From Phoronis australis (Eukaryota; Animalia; Phoronida), in NCBI GenBank assembly GCA_002633005.1, contig NMRA01000075.1, positions 127,615 to 191,614 of the forward strand: a DNA stretch of 64,000 nt. The letters are read 5' to 3'. Positions 36,666 through 49,600 of this stretch are shown one piece after another; within the stretch, counting starts at the first letter, position 1; each line of letters starts with the position of its first letter. Under the pieces are notes generated by a model. That model saw only the letters and a list, made by a program, of their open reading frames with translations, had not been told where the DNA came from and made no database searches. Position numbers and translations under genes: made by a program.

Positions 36666-39520
36666 GTAAAGTATTTCATTACACTATCAGCGAAAATTAC
36701 TAAAAGCAGGTTTTGTATTCCCGATCGCAATTTTGACGCCACAACCATTCTTAATGAAGCTATTCCTCGAAAATGGAACGGACTGTAGAAGATGAATGCC
36801 TGGTTGCACTGACAAATTTTAGAACCACAACGCAGTTCTTCACTAACCCATAAACTTCCTTGTATACATGTACAATGAATTACAGAAGATTCCATGGCCG
36901 CACCTCAGTTCCGTACCAGCAGATAAAAACGAACTTCCGCACCCAAAAATTTAAAAGCGAAGTTACTTTTAAATGCATTTTGGTTCAATTTCGCACATTG
37001 CAGATATTATAACAAACATTTTAACCTTTCCCATAAAAATGAAACTGATGAAAAATAGCACTGGCTGGTTTGACTGGTTGTGATCAAGCTTCGAATACGT
37101 CATGGTGGTCGGAGCAATGGCGTGGCCACACTATAAGGAATTGACTCGGCGTACGCCAGCGTACAGTAAACGTTTTGCCTTTCTCGAATCGTCCTTTTGG
37201 CCGTACATTTTTTCAATATGATTGTAGTATGTTGTACTTGTTGTAATGCTTTCCGGCTGTCCCGACTCCTGTAAACTCATTCGTCGGGAATCTGGCGGGG
37301 TTTCGCTCATTTGCGTTGTGCCCTTGAACTCTTTATAGTATGAAGTTCTCTCGCTTGAACTGAGCGTAATTTGCGAGCGTGAATAAATGTCTTTACGCGT
37401 GTAAATTGTGCGCGCAATTTACGGCCAACGCTTTCCAAAGTGCCAAATGTAGCTCACTAGCCGAGACAGCCGTCAGGTTTCAATCCTGGACTTATTTTGC
37501 AATTTGACATGAGAAACAGGTAATGAAAATTATAGTGATTCCTCCCACCAGATCGACGCATAATGTTTGCATTTTGCAACTTCCTCATTGAGTTACGGCT
37601 TCGGGGTTTGAAGATTTGTAATAATTATCAATTTCGGTTTTGTACAAATACTCAAAACACCTTGAAAGGCAATCCTGTCGTATCATCGAATTACGATGTA
37701 AACTTCATAAAACGGATTTTAACGCAAGGTTACCTCAGACTGAGTTAATCCCAATATGACTATTCAACGCAGCTCCACATAATTTAATATGAATGATATA
37801 ATTGAATTTTTATTGTTGGTGGTACACTACCAGCTAAAATGGCCGCCATAGTGAGTGACAGCTTTGTGCATTACGGGCATCACTCAACTGCCACTTATTG
37901 TAATGAGGTTTCCACGGAAACCCCGCCCACTTTTTAAATTTCAAAAAATAATTGTAAAATAAGGTAAACAAAAACAGTTACGAAACGTTTACATTTTAGT
38001 TATATCTTTCGACTGACGAAATTTATCTTGTGTTCTAAATTGGTGAATGTAAAGAAACGTGTATCTTTAAAATTAGTTAAGTTCTCAAATTGTCCGAAAA
38101 CGCCTTATAAGTGTAACGGTCTTTCTAATTGGAAATTTTTGTTTCTTATTCTAGTCTACGTAGAAATACCAATGTTGTCTTCAAAAAAGTTATGTAGGAT
38201 CCTATAAAAAATGGTCCATTTGACAAGACTTTGTAGCATCATATCCCAGGGAAAGCTGTTCAGGTTCATGTGAAACTTTCAGACACCATGCTTTAAGCAC
38301 TGTTCTCGAAACTAATGTTAGGAATTGATTTTAAAATGCCCCGTTTTTGCAGGAGGGGCTATCCAACAAGAAGATTTTTGGGATTTTCGGGAAATTTTTT
38401 TGAAGTTGCATAAAACGAAAACCAGATGATATTTCAGAAAACCGTAGCAGCGTTTTCGGTATTTCACCTTGAGCGTTTACATCAAATAAAATTTCATCCT
38501 GTTACTGGTACCGTTGTTTTGCTATTCGTGTAACTTTCTTTTTTGCTTATCTTTAACAAAAAGACATGGTCACTTGACCCAATTAATTACAGATTAGTGG
38601 AAAGTAAAAAATTGTACAGGTTTTGTAGTTTCAGAAAGTATTCATTTTCAGTGGCTTTCTAGATATATGGTAAATGTACAGACAAGTCGATACGTTCTTA
38701 CATAACCTTTAACTGTGGTATGGAACAGTCAAATTCTGCATAGTCCCTGCTGTATTGGTTCTCTGATAGCGTTTCTATTGTGAGAGCACACGTATCCAGG
38801 AACTTGACCGGCATTATATTGAAAACTGGGTAAACGTCTAGTCATCCTGGGTTTTCGCTAATAGTAACACGCATTGCCAACACAACACTGCCAGTAGCTG
38901 CGTAGGTCTCACCGGCAAGCTGTGCTCATGACGGACGGGGCGGACCAGTCGACGTAATTCCGTTAGGCTCGGACACTTACGAGACACTATAGACTATAGA
39001 GGCAAAGAAGTTATTGCTACGGATTTCAAATAATATGTTTACTTACAGTGTTAGTGACACATTTCTCAGATAGTTCCACATTCTAACCTCGCCGATCAGG
39101 TTCTTCCCTGGTGGTCATATTGGTGACCTCGACATGGTGAGCGCTAACCCACTAAGTCGACGTGGTGTATCAACGGATTGTTCTAAAATCCCCTTGACCC
39201 CTCAATGAACCCACACCACAAAACTCCCTCGACCCACGACCCCTTCAACCCACAACCCCCAAGATCCACAACCTTCTCGAGCCACGACCTGCGAAAATAG
39301 AGGCATTTTTGCGCTTTTTACTAATTTCATAATCGCTGTCAAATGACTTTCCTGTCACACGTACCTACACGAATCTGCTCTGGCTCAAGACTTGTGGTTG
39401 AAATAGAATGTGGCGGAAGGAGATGATCTGAAATGGCAGATTGTGAGCGAGTATCGTTGCCACGGAAATAGTTAGCTTCGTTGCAAAGCTGTGTACTAAA
39501 TATACAGCCAAACAAAACGT

Positions 39521-39720
39521 GACACAAAATTAGTGTCATTAAAAACTACACTCTTCATTGAGTAAACTAAATTACTTACGTGTGTTGGAAAATTGGCGTT
39601 CTACCGTTATTTGGCTGCTAAGATTGCGCTGCGATCTTTTGCCTCGGCATTCGGCTCCATGAAATATTTCGTCACCTATTGACCAGTTTCTTTTCCACCG
39701 ATTCTTCTATCAACTGTTCT
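39521..39720. repeat. dispersed repeat, second copy at ~43289-43490
   Basis: shared GACACAAAATTAG...TTGAGTAAACT...GTGTTGGAAAATTGGCGTTCTAC...CCAGTTTCTTTTCC. Confidence 0.8.
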
Positions 39721-40126
39721 TCTGTTCCACGATAGTCTCCATACAGGTAGCTGGCTGACTAGCTAGGAAATAGTTCCACGAATGGCTACCAAAGACCCTG
39801 TTCTACTAAACTTAGGGAGAAAGTACATAATTTCGTTTTATCATTTGCTTTCTATCGTATACTCGTTTACATGTAGGCCTGATATGCTTTTAGTTAACAG
39901 TTTGTTTTTTCAAACTGCATTTACAGAAAAAATACATACGCGTGGCATTCTTGCACTCTCACAAAAATAATTTGAATCTGCAATTCACTGAGGAGCAGAC
40001 GAGACTATAACACTATGCCGGTAACGAGACGATTTGCAACGTTCGGTAGGTCTTTGATGCGATTTGGTCTTAATTGCAGCATAGACTATAGTACATTGCA
40101 GACAATAGAAATAAGCCAGTCGAGCT

Positions 40127-41071
40127 CACGGTCAGACTCATTGGATATCCAAGTCAGCGCTTCTTCTATGTTTTGATCGAGTCGAGCTTGCCCTTAAAAT
40201 GGGTGGAGAGGGTTGTGGTCATGGTTCAAGGGGATTGTGGGTCGAGGGGACTTTGGGTGTGGGGTCGAGGGTTTTTTAAAACAATCCTGTATCAACAGAT
40301 CGCTCCTCATTGCCCCCCATTTCGATGGATGTAATGCCACAGACTGTCGTTGCTGAAACCAGCGCACAGTAGGTACAGCAGTGTTGGAAACCAGCCTCCC
40401 GTTCAGTAACACTAGGACCTCGCTAAAAAGCAAGACTTCGCGAGATTACGTGAGATATTGCCGTGCATTTTAAATGAGAACACGTGACTTTGACTACGTT
40501 TTAACTAGGTCCTAGCGTAGGGCCTAGCGTCTACGCACGCCAGGATTTAAATATAGACTGGGGGGCTGTAACAATTGTTTTCGATATGCTGACAAGAAAT
40601 GANCACGGTCAGACTCATTGGATATCCAAGTCAGCGCTTCTTCTATGTTTTGATCGAGTCGAGCTTGCCCTTAAAATGGGTGGAGAGGGTTGTGGTCATG
40701 GTTCAAGGGGATTGTGGGTCGAGGGGACTTTGGGTGTGGGGTCGAGGGGTTTTTAAAACAATCCTGTATCAACAGATCGCTCCTCATTGCCCCCCATTTC
40801 GATGGATGTAATGCCACAGACTGTCGTTGCTGAAACCAGCGCACAGTAGGTACAGCAGTGTTGGAAACCAGCCTCCCGTTCAGTAACACTAGGACCTCGC
40901 TAAAAAGCGAGATTACGTGAGATATTGCCGTGCATTTTAAATGAGTACACGTGACTTTGACTACGTTTTAACTAGGTCCTAGCGTAGGGCCTAGCGTCTA
41001 CGCACGCCAGGATTTAAATATATAGACTGGGGGGCTGTAACAATTGTTTTCGATATGCTGACAAGAAATGA
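40127..41071. repeat. near-identical direct duplication around a single N (40603)
   Basis: 40127-40602 is repeated at 40604-41071 with few differences; probable contig-overlap artefact. Confidence 0.85.
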
Positions 41072-41091
41072 TTTGTTAATTATCTTGACAG

Positions 41092-41980
41092 TTTCAACAT
41101 GACCACCAACAAATGGCACCCAGATTGGGACATGGAAAAGAAGCGCATGAAAAGTGCCGATACAACCAGTAAACATTATAACCCACAGGCGGGTGCTTAT
41201 TACCCTGGCTACGCAAATGACCTCGGCGACCGAGATTTGTATAATAGGCCATTCAGATTTCCAGTGAAAAATTCGAACGCTACTAACGTCAAAGACAAAT
41301 ACTACGAGGGGTTCCTGCCCTCCGTGAACAAGTGGAACGAGGGCTGGGATCTGGAAAACATGAGATGGAAGGAGGGGTGGAATCCGAAATACGGAGAGCA
41401 AGGCGACTGGATGCAGGGATACAATCCCGAAACCAGAACTTGGGAAGATGGGTTTGCAGATCCCGCGAAAGCGCCAAACGGTTTAAAAGGATGGTTGCCC
41501 GAAGAAAATCGGTGGAAGCTAGGTTGGGATCCAGTCAACGGTAAGTATTACGATGGTTTCGACCCTAATACTCAGACGTGGGATGAGAACTGGGACGTGG
41601 CCAACCGTAGATGGAAGTACGGTTTCAAGTCGCCATATATACTATTCGCCATAATTGCCGCTATACTGCTCCTTCTGTGCATTCCGTGCGTAGTCTACTT
41701 TCTTCGTAAACGATTTTGCCAAGAAGGTTCAGGTAGTGGCGATGGCTCGCAAGACAGTGGTAGTAGAAAACAGACTATGACTGGCGTCGGGAGTGGAGCA
41801 ATTGGTCTTGGCGCCGGCCGTGGAAAACCAGCTGGGGGAGCAAAGAAGAAGAAGAGAGCATCGGAAGGAGAGGCAGAGTGGGAATTTCACATGGAAGAAA
41901 AAGACAGTGATGAAGAAATCGATGATTTCCATGATGAAATGGGCAATGTGAATGTACCGGAAATATTCCGGCGCAAATAA
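41092..41980 (+). CDS. TSP1/aromatic-repeat membrane protein, exon 4: repeats, TM helix, cytoplasmic tail, stop
   Basis: gacag acceptor, phase 2; many G[WYF][DN]xxxxxW repeats; TM YILFAIIAAILLLLCIPCVVYFL followed by RKR; Gly-rich then acidic tail. Confidence 0.88.
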
Positions 41981-42265
41981 CGAATTAATTTCACGACTTC
42001 TCTGTCATGATAAACTTCAAACTTATACAGGCTTACTTTGAAACCTGAAAGGAATGCTGTTGATTGGCTAATAAGAAATTATGGCACATATTCTTTTGAT
42101 ATTTAACCAAAACGGACAAATAGTTATTCTAACGTGTATTTAAATTTTTATTCAAGTTCCTACCTATTCAAACACAGTAGTTTTAATTACCGTGCTTGGA
42201 GAATTTAAAAGTCCTTCCTGACAATAACGATTCGATCCCTGGAGATCACACCATTAGTAACGCTG

Positions 42266-42956
42266 ACGTGCTTTGAATGAGTCATGTTTAATCCCTCCAA
42301 AAGATAGCTCTTCACAGTCTAAAATTTGGGCCTAAGATTTGTACACCGAGTCCTCATAAATTGTGTCTCTCTGATTGGTCATTTCTTCTCCGAGTTCTCA
42401 CTTTCGACGCAGTTGCGGCAGAAACGATACTTTTAGCATTTCCAGCGATGCAATCAACTTAAGTAACACGCTAAACTATAACCAGATAAACAATTTCGTC
42501 AAGTCATTCTCCTATAAAATATTTTCGTCCCGGTGTGTAATGAGGTGCAGTTACTCACTTAAGCTCGCCTGATTTGAAAGTTTGACAGGAAGCAAGGTGA
42601 GAACGTTCTCNACGTGCTTTGAATGAGTCATGTTTAATCCCTCCAAAAGATAGCTCTTCACAGTCTAAAATTTGGGCCTAAGATTTGTACACCGAGTCCT
42701 CATAAATTGTGTCTCTCTGATTGGTCATTTCTTCTCCGAGTTCTCACTTTCGACGCAGTTGCGGCAGAAACGATACTTTTAGCATTTCCAGCGATGCAAT
42801 CAACTTAAGTAACACGCTAAACTATAACCAGATAAACAATTTCGTCAAGTCATTCTCCTATAAAATATTTTCGTCGCAGTATGTAATAAGGTGCAATCAC
42901 TCACATAAGCTCGCCTGATTTGAAAGTTTGACAGGAAGCAAGGTGAGAACGTTCTC
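42266..42956. repeat. near-identical direct duplication around a single N (42611)
   Basis: 42266-42610 is repeated at 42612-42956; probable artefact. Confidence 0.85.
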
Positions 42957-43586
42957 TTTCTGGATCACATTACATTCTAATTTGAGTTCTATTCTTTGCG
43001 AGTAACCCTCATTTCCGGTATTACGAATTCCGTCTCATCTCAAGAACATAGAGCTGAGAGTCATCGTTGCAATACAGACCCCCCCCCCTACAATTAATCT
43101 GCGTCCGAAGACCTTACCTAAAACTCTACAGTGTCGACGTCTGCAAAATATCGAAGGTCCGTCGTTCTGGAAATTCCAACCATCCCCCTCCCACGCAATA
43201 CTGGCTACGGGACTGACTTGGTACAAACCCGTATACTAAAGAAACAACTTTGCGCTGATGTGGGTAAAATACTGACCACATAAAATCTGACACAAAATTA
43301 GCGTAATTAAAAACTTCACTGTTTCTTGAGTAAACTTAGTTATTTACCAGTGTTGGAAAATTGGCGTTCTACTGTTTTTCTGCTGCTAAAATTGTGGTGC
43401 GATTTTTTGCGTCGGCTTTCGGCGCCACGAAATATTGCCTCACATATTGGCCAGTTTCTTTTTCCGCCGTTTCTTAAATCAACTGTTGTTTCACGAGGTT
43501 GCGTACAAGTCACAACAAATCATAGAACTGGTTTCCCTTCATTATAAGTTTTTAGAATTTTGATACCAGCAAACCGAATTTCAGAA

Positions 43587-43691
43587 CAAATTTTGCTCGC
43601 TGGTTCCCTGCGTGCTTAGCCCAGCAGCACGCCTGCTGGCGCGGCTACCGCTCCACCTAGCGGCACGCATGGAACCAGCGAGCAAATTTTG
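43587..43691. repeat. inverted repeat / hairpin
   Basis: arms TTTGCTCGCTGGTTCCCTGCGTGC and GCACGCATGGAACCAGCGAGCAAA. Confidence 0.8.
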
Positions 43692-44234
43692 CTGCTGTGA
43701 AATGTCACCATCCCCTGAGAGATGTCGCAAAAGTTTAGGAAATGGCGCGTGCGCGTGACCCGAGCGTACTCAGCGCGGGAAACCAGGTCGCAAGCTCGTT
43801 ATATAGATATAGGCATATCCATTGTTCACTTTGTTTTTCTTTCATATAATGAATATATTGGCAAGCATTTATCTGTAACGGGGTGGTGTCGGTGAGCGCC
43901 TTAGGAACGATATTTAGGCGACCTGTCATGGGCGGCGCAGCACTGAAAAAAGTGGGGGCTATAGGCCCCCCCCAGCCCCCTATGGTGCGCCGCCCATGCT
44001 GTGTTGTTAGTCCAACAAAAGAAAACAGTGGAAGTGCCCCATAGGCGATAACCATGCGACTTGCTTACGCCTGCCCCATGGATCTCGCAAAGTAGACAAT
44101 ACCTTGCGACATCCATACGACGTCATTTAGCATGTTTTTTAAAACGACGAGATACTTTTCATTGTTACAAAAAGCTGAGAATTACGCAAGAAAGTGGCGT
44201 CTATTAGATTATTTTTACTTAAACGGCTAGCAGT

Positions 44235-44269
44235 CACACACACACAAACACACACACACACGCACACAC
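44235..44269. repeat. (CA)n microsatellite
   Basis: interrupted CA run. Confidence 0.9.
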
Positions 44270-46584
44270 TCAAGCACTTTTACAGAACGTCTTATAATCA
44301 AGCCAAACTAAGTTGGTAAGAAATGGTTTCTCACGGGCACGCTTTTGCCGAACACAATGCCGTATTCACAACAGCGCATGCACCGTAAAGGACACCAATC
44401 AGCGCCTACAAGCATGAAGGCACGTGTCCCCGTATGCTACAAAATTTTAGTTTACGATTGTCTTAGACAAAAAGTGCATCATATCGGACATAGGCACATA
44501 GGCTTTTTAAAATACGCTCATCTACTATACTGGCTTGTTTTTAAAACTTGTCGGCTTTCAGTCCATCGTATTGGTTTTCAATAAGCGTTTGGACATAGCA
44601 CAGAGGCGACAACATGTGCAAGGGTGTGACGAGCCTCGCTTTCAAGCAGGGTTTTTACTTAAATTGACGCGCGTAGGCACATGCGCCTAATTCTAGATAT
44701 AGGCACACCTTCAAATATCGTAACACTGCCCTAAATACGGGCACATAATAGTAATTCTACGGTTGAAATTCCGTGCTGGTAGTTTTATGAGATAAACTGT
44801 TATATTTAAGGAACCCCATCGGTTGTACGGCCGAAAAACGGATTTTTGAGATTTTTTGTATGATCTAATAGACTTCTTGAAGTAACAGTAATTCTTCAAC
44901 TATTTAGCACACAATACGGCTGTCAAGGGAAACTCTCTTATGCCAAATTTTTTAACAAAAATAAAAAAGATTTAAAAAATGTTAATATATTGGTTTGTAC
45001 TATTCATATTTTATAAAACAAACATTTGGTTAAGTTTCATTTTCAGCATTTTTAGAAAAATTTGAAAAATGACAAATTTGGCATTTTTTGTGCCACATAC
45101 TAGAATTACTATTGCGATATGAAACGATGAAATCGAGGCCAGTGGCTTTGCTAGTTACCGCTTTAAAAAAAAACATTTATCGAGTGGTATTTATCTCCTC
45201 CAGCAGAGTGTACGACTGTGTCCGCGGAAGTTCCAGGCTCTATTCCGTGCTGAAACTGATATCAGAAAGCGCTTTTCTCAGCGATAGTTTTTCAAAAAGA
45301 TAATAAACCCAGGTTCCGTCCAAGAAGTGAAATTTAGGTTTAGGCCTGCAATGTAAGTGTGGTGTCGGCTAGTTCAAATGAGAAGTGATTTCTAGGTTTC
45401 CAAAGACCTCGCACTTCGTTTTTCCCAGTGACCGTGGTTGGCGCATAAAATGACATACTGTGACAAGCCTATAACAACTGGAGAAAATATCCATTGCGAG
45501 GTAAAAATAATAGTAAAATAGGAGCACAGTCCCAAGAAAAGTTACAGTTACGGGAACAGTAAAGTTCACATGAAGTCCTTTTTGCAAACTTTGCAAATTT
45601 GGAAATAATTATTTGAAAGGCAGTCATTGCTCATTCATTCCTTGCCAACTTCTTTATTTTTGCTCAGCTAAATCGACAATTTTGTGGGTGTGTTGCACCT
45701 CCACACGCCCCAGACATTATGCCCTGTCTGAGGAACCCTCCCAGTCGAGTAAGGTGGATGCGATGCGAGGTCAGATTGCGGATCCAGAGTTGGAGTGGGG
45801 GAGGGGGCTACGGAAAATTGGAGGACGTAAAACACATCTTTACTGTCCAAAATACCCCTGTTTGCAAAGTCGACGCGCTCACAACTGAAGCTGACATCGG
45901 GTGTGGTTATCATCACCATCAACTGTCTCCTGCTACATTCCCGTTTTGTCCCTTCTTGCTCTATCCTGGGCCTCCCTTTTACTCTTGGTCGGTTTAAGTT
46001 CCAAGTAAGCAGTTGGTGACAATTTTTATTCTGGGGCAGCGGCTGTATTTCCTAAAAACCTTGCAGTCTTTGTGAAATTTGTTTAGGCAGTGGCAACTTA
46101 ATTTTTTAAGTTTTCTTCTGTATCTTCAGCGTTCCTTGACGAGTCAAGTTTCATGAAAGTGGGCAAATAAGTTTCTAATTGACCTATGCTGCGTCCCCTA
46201 GTTGTCTTGTTAGTGTTTTTCCTCAGTCCTCCTTGTCCGCCGAACTGTTTTACTCCCTCTAATAAAAATGTTAAAATCTGGGACATACTTTGTATCTGCG
46301 CTGTACGGAATGCACGTGGTGGGCTCATACATCAACGCAAAAGTGGATGTTACGCCAGCTGTTGCATCCAAAGAGTTAAGGAATTAATTAATTCCCCCGC
46401 CTTAGCGAACACAGTGAAACATTAATCACATTCGGCATTCAGTTTTGGAAGTGTACCAATTTCCAAGAAGTCATTCAAGTATGTATGTTCCGTCAGTGTT
46501 CCTTACGGTGACTACCACGTGAAGGAAATCGGTTAATTACTGCTTTGTAAAGAACGAACCTGAGAGGTTAGACCTGTTGTCTCA

Positions 46585-46653
46585 AGCAGTGGCGGATTAA
46601 GGGGAGGGGGGCAAAGAGGTCATGGCCCCCTAAAATTATCCCAGATGCCATTT
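46585..46653 (+). repeat. dispersed repeat end, inverted copy of 1-74
   Basis: AGCAGTGGCGGATTAAGGGG...CATGGCCCCCTAAAATTATCCCAGATGCCATTT matches the reverse complement of the window start. Confidence 0.7.
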
Positions 46654-49600
46654 AGTTCGGGGATGCGAATGTCTGACGGCAAAATCCTGGCTAATACTCT
46701 GCCCTCCCTGCCCCCCCCCTCCCCTACTCAACATTCACACCAAGTAAACGCCCGGGCGTTTATTCAGGGGTCGAGTAAACGGAAGGCCATAGTTTTGCTG
46801 ACTTGACACTCTTAATTAATTTAAAAATACCTTTTTAAATTTGTGTTAATAAATGCATAGGTCGCCAGTGCCTTGTTCGTTTTTATAAACGATATATGCT
46901 CCACAAAACTGAATTTGTGACAAGAAGTTGTCTCTGAGTGGGCTTTTAAGAGCAAAATTTCCAAATAAACGTCACACTTGACACCACAAGTTGTAACACC
47001 AAATAAACGTCCATGGGCGTGTATTCGGCATAACTTTCTAAATAAACGCCCATGGGCTTTTCATCGGGTGGGCCTATCTACGGAAAACCCCGGTAAGACT
47101 AAGCCTATACCAGTAACCTAAATGTACAAAGGCTATATTCTTTATGCACCGTCCCCTTGCTCTACGTCGAGTCCCATTCCCGTTTTTTAATAGAGCGGCA
47201 CAACTCCCTTGTCATAGATCAGCTCAGGAAATGGATAAAGCCTTGTTGAAGGAGTCCTGATGATCTTGATGGAGGCATTATTATTACTGATTATACAATT
47301 GTCCAAAGCTCGAATGAAAAAGGTGAAATGCCGCTCATGGGATGGATGACACAACAGTTGGCCTTCTGTAACTCATTGATAAGAGCACCAGACCGTGTTT
47401 TCTGCCAATAGGGTTGATTTAGACCACTAAAATTACCTTTTTCTTGATTTTTTAAATCAGTTTGAAAATGACCTCGGATGGAACTGGCACTTCCCTTCAG
47501 ACTGAGCTCATCAAACTTTAGGTCCAGGTTACACGATGACCGGAAATTTTATTTCACAACGGTAAGTGGCCTAAATCAAAACGTATTTGTTTGACAGATA
47601 GCGCGGGTTCAATATCGCTTTAGTAGCAACCTACATAACGTGAGCTCTAGGACTCCAGGGTTGGCATCAATTAACACTTTTTATTTTTGTAGTCTGCGTA
47701 TTTAGCAAAATAGGTCAACACAAAACTACAGACTTTAACTAAGTAAACGTATTCATTTTTTGAAAGTTGGTCATAATTATATTTGGTGTTTGTCGTTTGT
47801 TGTTATTAATCTGACATCAACTGGGCCGCGTGACCATGTCTTTTTAGTAGAATTTAGCAAAAAGGGGGGTCTACATCCATATTAGAACACCGTTATCAAG
47901 AACATGATCAAATTTTATTTTATGAAAATGTTCAAGATAAAATCTCAAAAATGCTGTTCCATCTTTCTAAATAATTACTTCGTTTTAACTTTATGCATCT
48001 GTTGTGTTTTACAAAAAAACACAAAAGTCCAATTGCTTAATACTTGCGCGCACCCAGCCTTCAATATGGGGGGGGGGGCTCGAATTCCGAACGTTGTTGA
48101 CAAAAAAAAAAAAAAAACAAAAAAAAAACAGGAGTACCACTGTGAATTGCGCGTTTGCGCTTATTTAGTGGATTTTTGTTCCATTTTCTCGGACTTTTTG
48201 TCTCTCGGGGGCAGACCTTTTTGCCCACTTCGCCAGGGCGGGGCGCTTGAACGAACCCCCCGCCCTGGGTGCGCGCATGTAATAGTCTCTCCTACAAAGC
48301 TGAAACAATCTAAGAACAATTCATAACAGTGGCTTGGAGATTACTGGACAAAGCATGAGCATCTGAAAGTTTCATATGAATCTGATAACTCATTTCAGGA
48401 ATATGACGTTCCGAAGTAAGCCAAGTTAGACCAGTGGCCCTTCATAACTTTAAAGCCACAGACTATAAAACCGGCCTCTATCACAAAAAAAACTGTTTTG
48501 AGCACGTACCGCTTATGAAGTTGGTCTAAAATTGTTCCATAGTCAAACTGGAGTTGATTTCGGGGCCTCGGAATGACGGGCAGCTCGTTATGATTGTCTG
48601 AGATCAGGCCAAAGTTGACTTGCCATGGCATGTCATTTTATGGTCTCAGGGAATGAAATACTGTCAGTTTTTTTTTGCAAATCGAGAAATCATTTTTCGT
48701 CTGTGCAAGGGACAAGTTGAGACCAATTTTGATGCGGCCATTGTGGTTAAACAGTTTGCTTCTTTGACACAAGCCGTGTTTCCTGATCCTTCTATTACCA
48801 TACATTTAATTCTTCATTTAGTATCACCGTGGGAGGAAGTTTGACATTTATTTACAATATTTTTCCGTAAAAGCAGAGAAGTCGTTTCTACTGTAGGACT
48901 GCTTTTCTTGTATACGGTTACGCCGTTACACACGAGCTTTCCGTCGGATCATTAGATGCCATTGCGCCCTGGGACTCACTTTTAGAAATTTCAGCTATGT
49001 TTGTGTACAAAAGGTACAGCCATAATAAACATATGAAGCACTGACTTGTTTTGGTTGTTGCCTGAAAACGCATGGCTGCTTATTTATATTTTACGTAACC
49101 ACTTCACTCCGTCGCCTGTTGGCGCGATCTTATCACCTGGCGCTAAGAATATTGGTTTTCAAACCAATGGGGAGTTGCCAAAGCTATTCAGCTAGTTAAT
49201 GGTTTGGAGCGAAATTAAATTATTATAATAGACTCGTCTTTTGACAATGGTGTCTATTTCAGGAAGATAAGACTCAGCTATCAAACCAGGTTAACTTTTG
49301 TCCTATCACGCGTAAAATCGGAATTGTCCCACCTAATCGTCGCAGGAGTACCATGTAATTCGATGATCCTCTCATTTATTCGTTCCAGTCCTCTTGTCAC
49401 TCTCGGAGACATTCGCGGTTTCTTAACGAGCGAACTGGAATGATGGCGTGAGAGCTTCACACATGTCCATTGTACATTAATTTTTAATAGTGGATTTGAA
49501 GCTTCAACAACTATGAGGAAAAAGCGACATTATCGGCGAGAACAGTGATTTTCGGAGATCAGTCTGAAGGCGGTTACACTTCTTTGACATCTAGGTCTCA

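Noticed and set aside
40127-42956. Two shorter tandem duplications and their duplicated small ORFs
   Set aside because: Both are centred on single-N joins (40603, 42611), so they are probably assembly artefacts.
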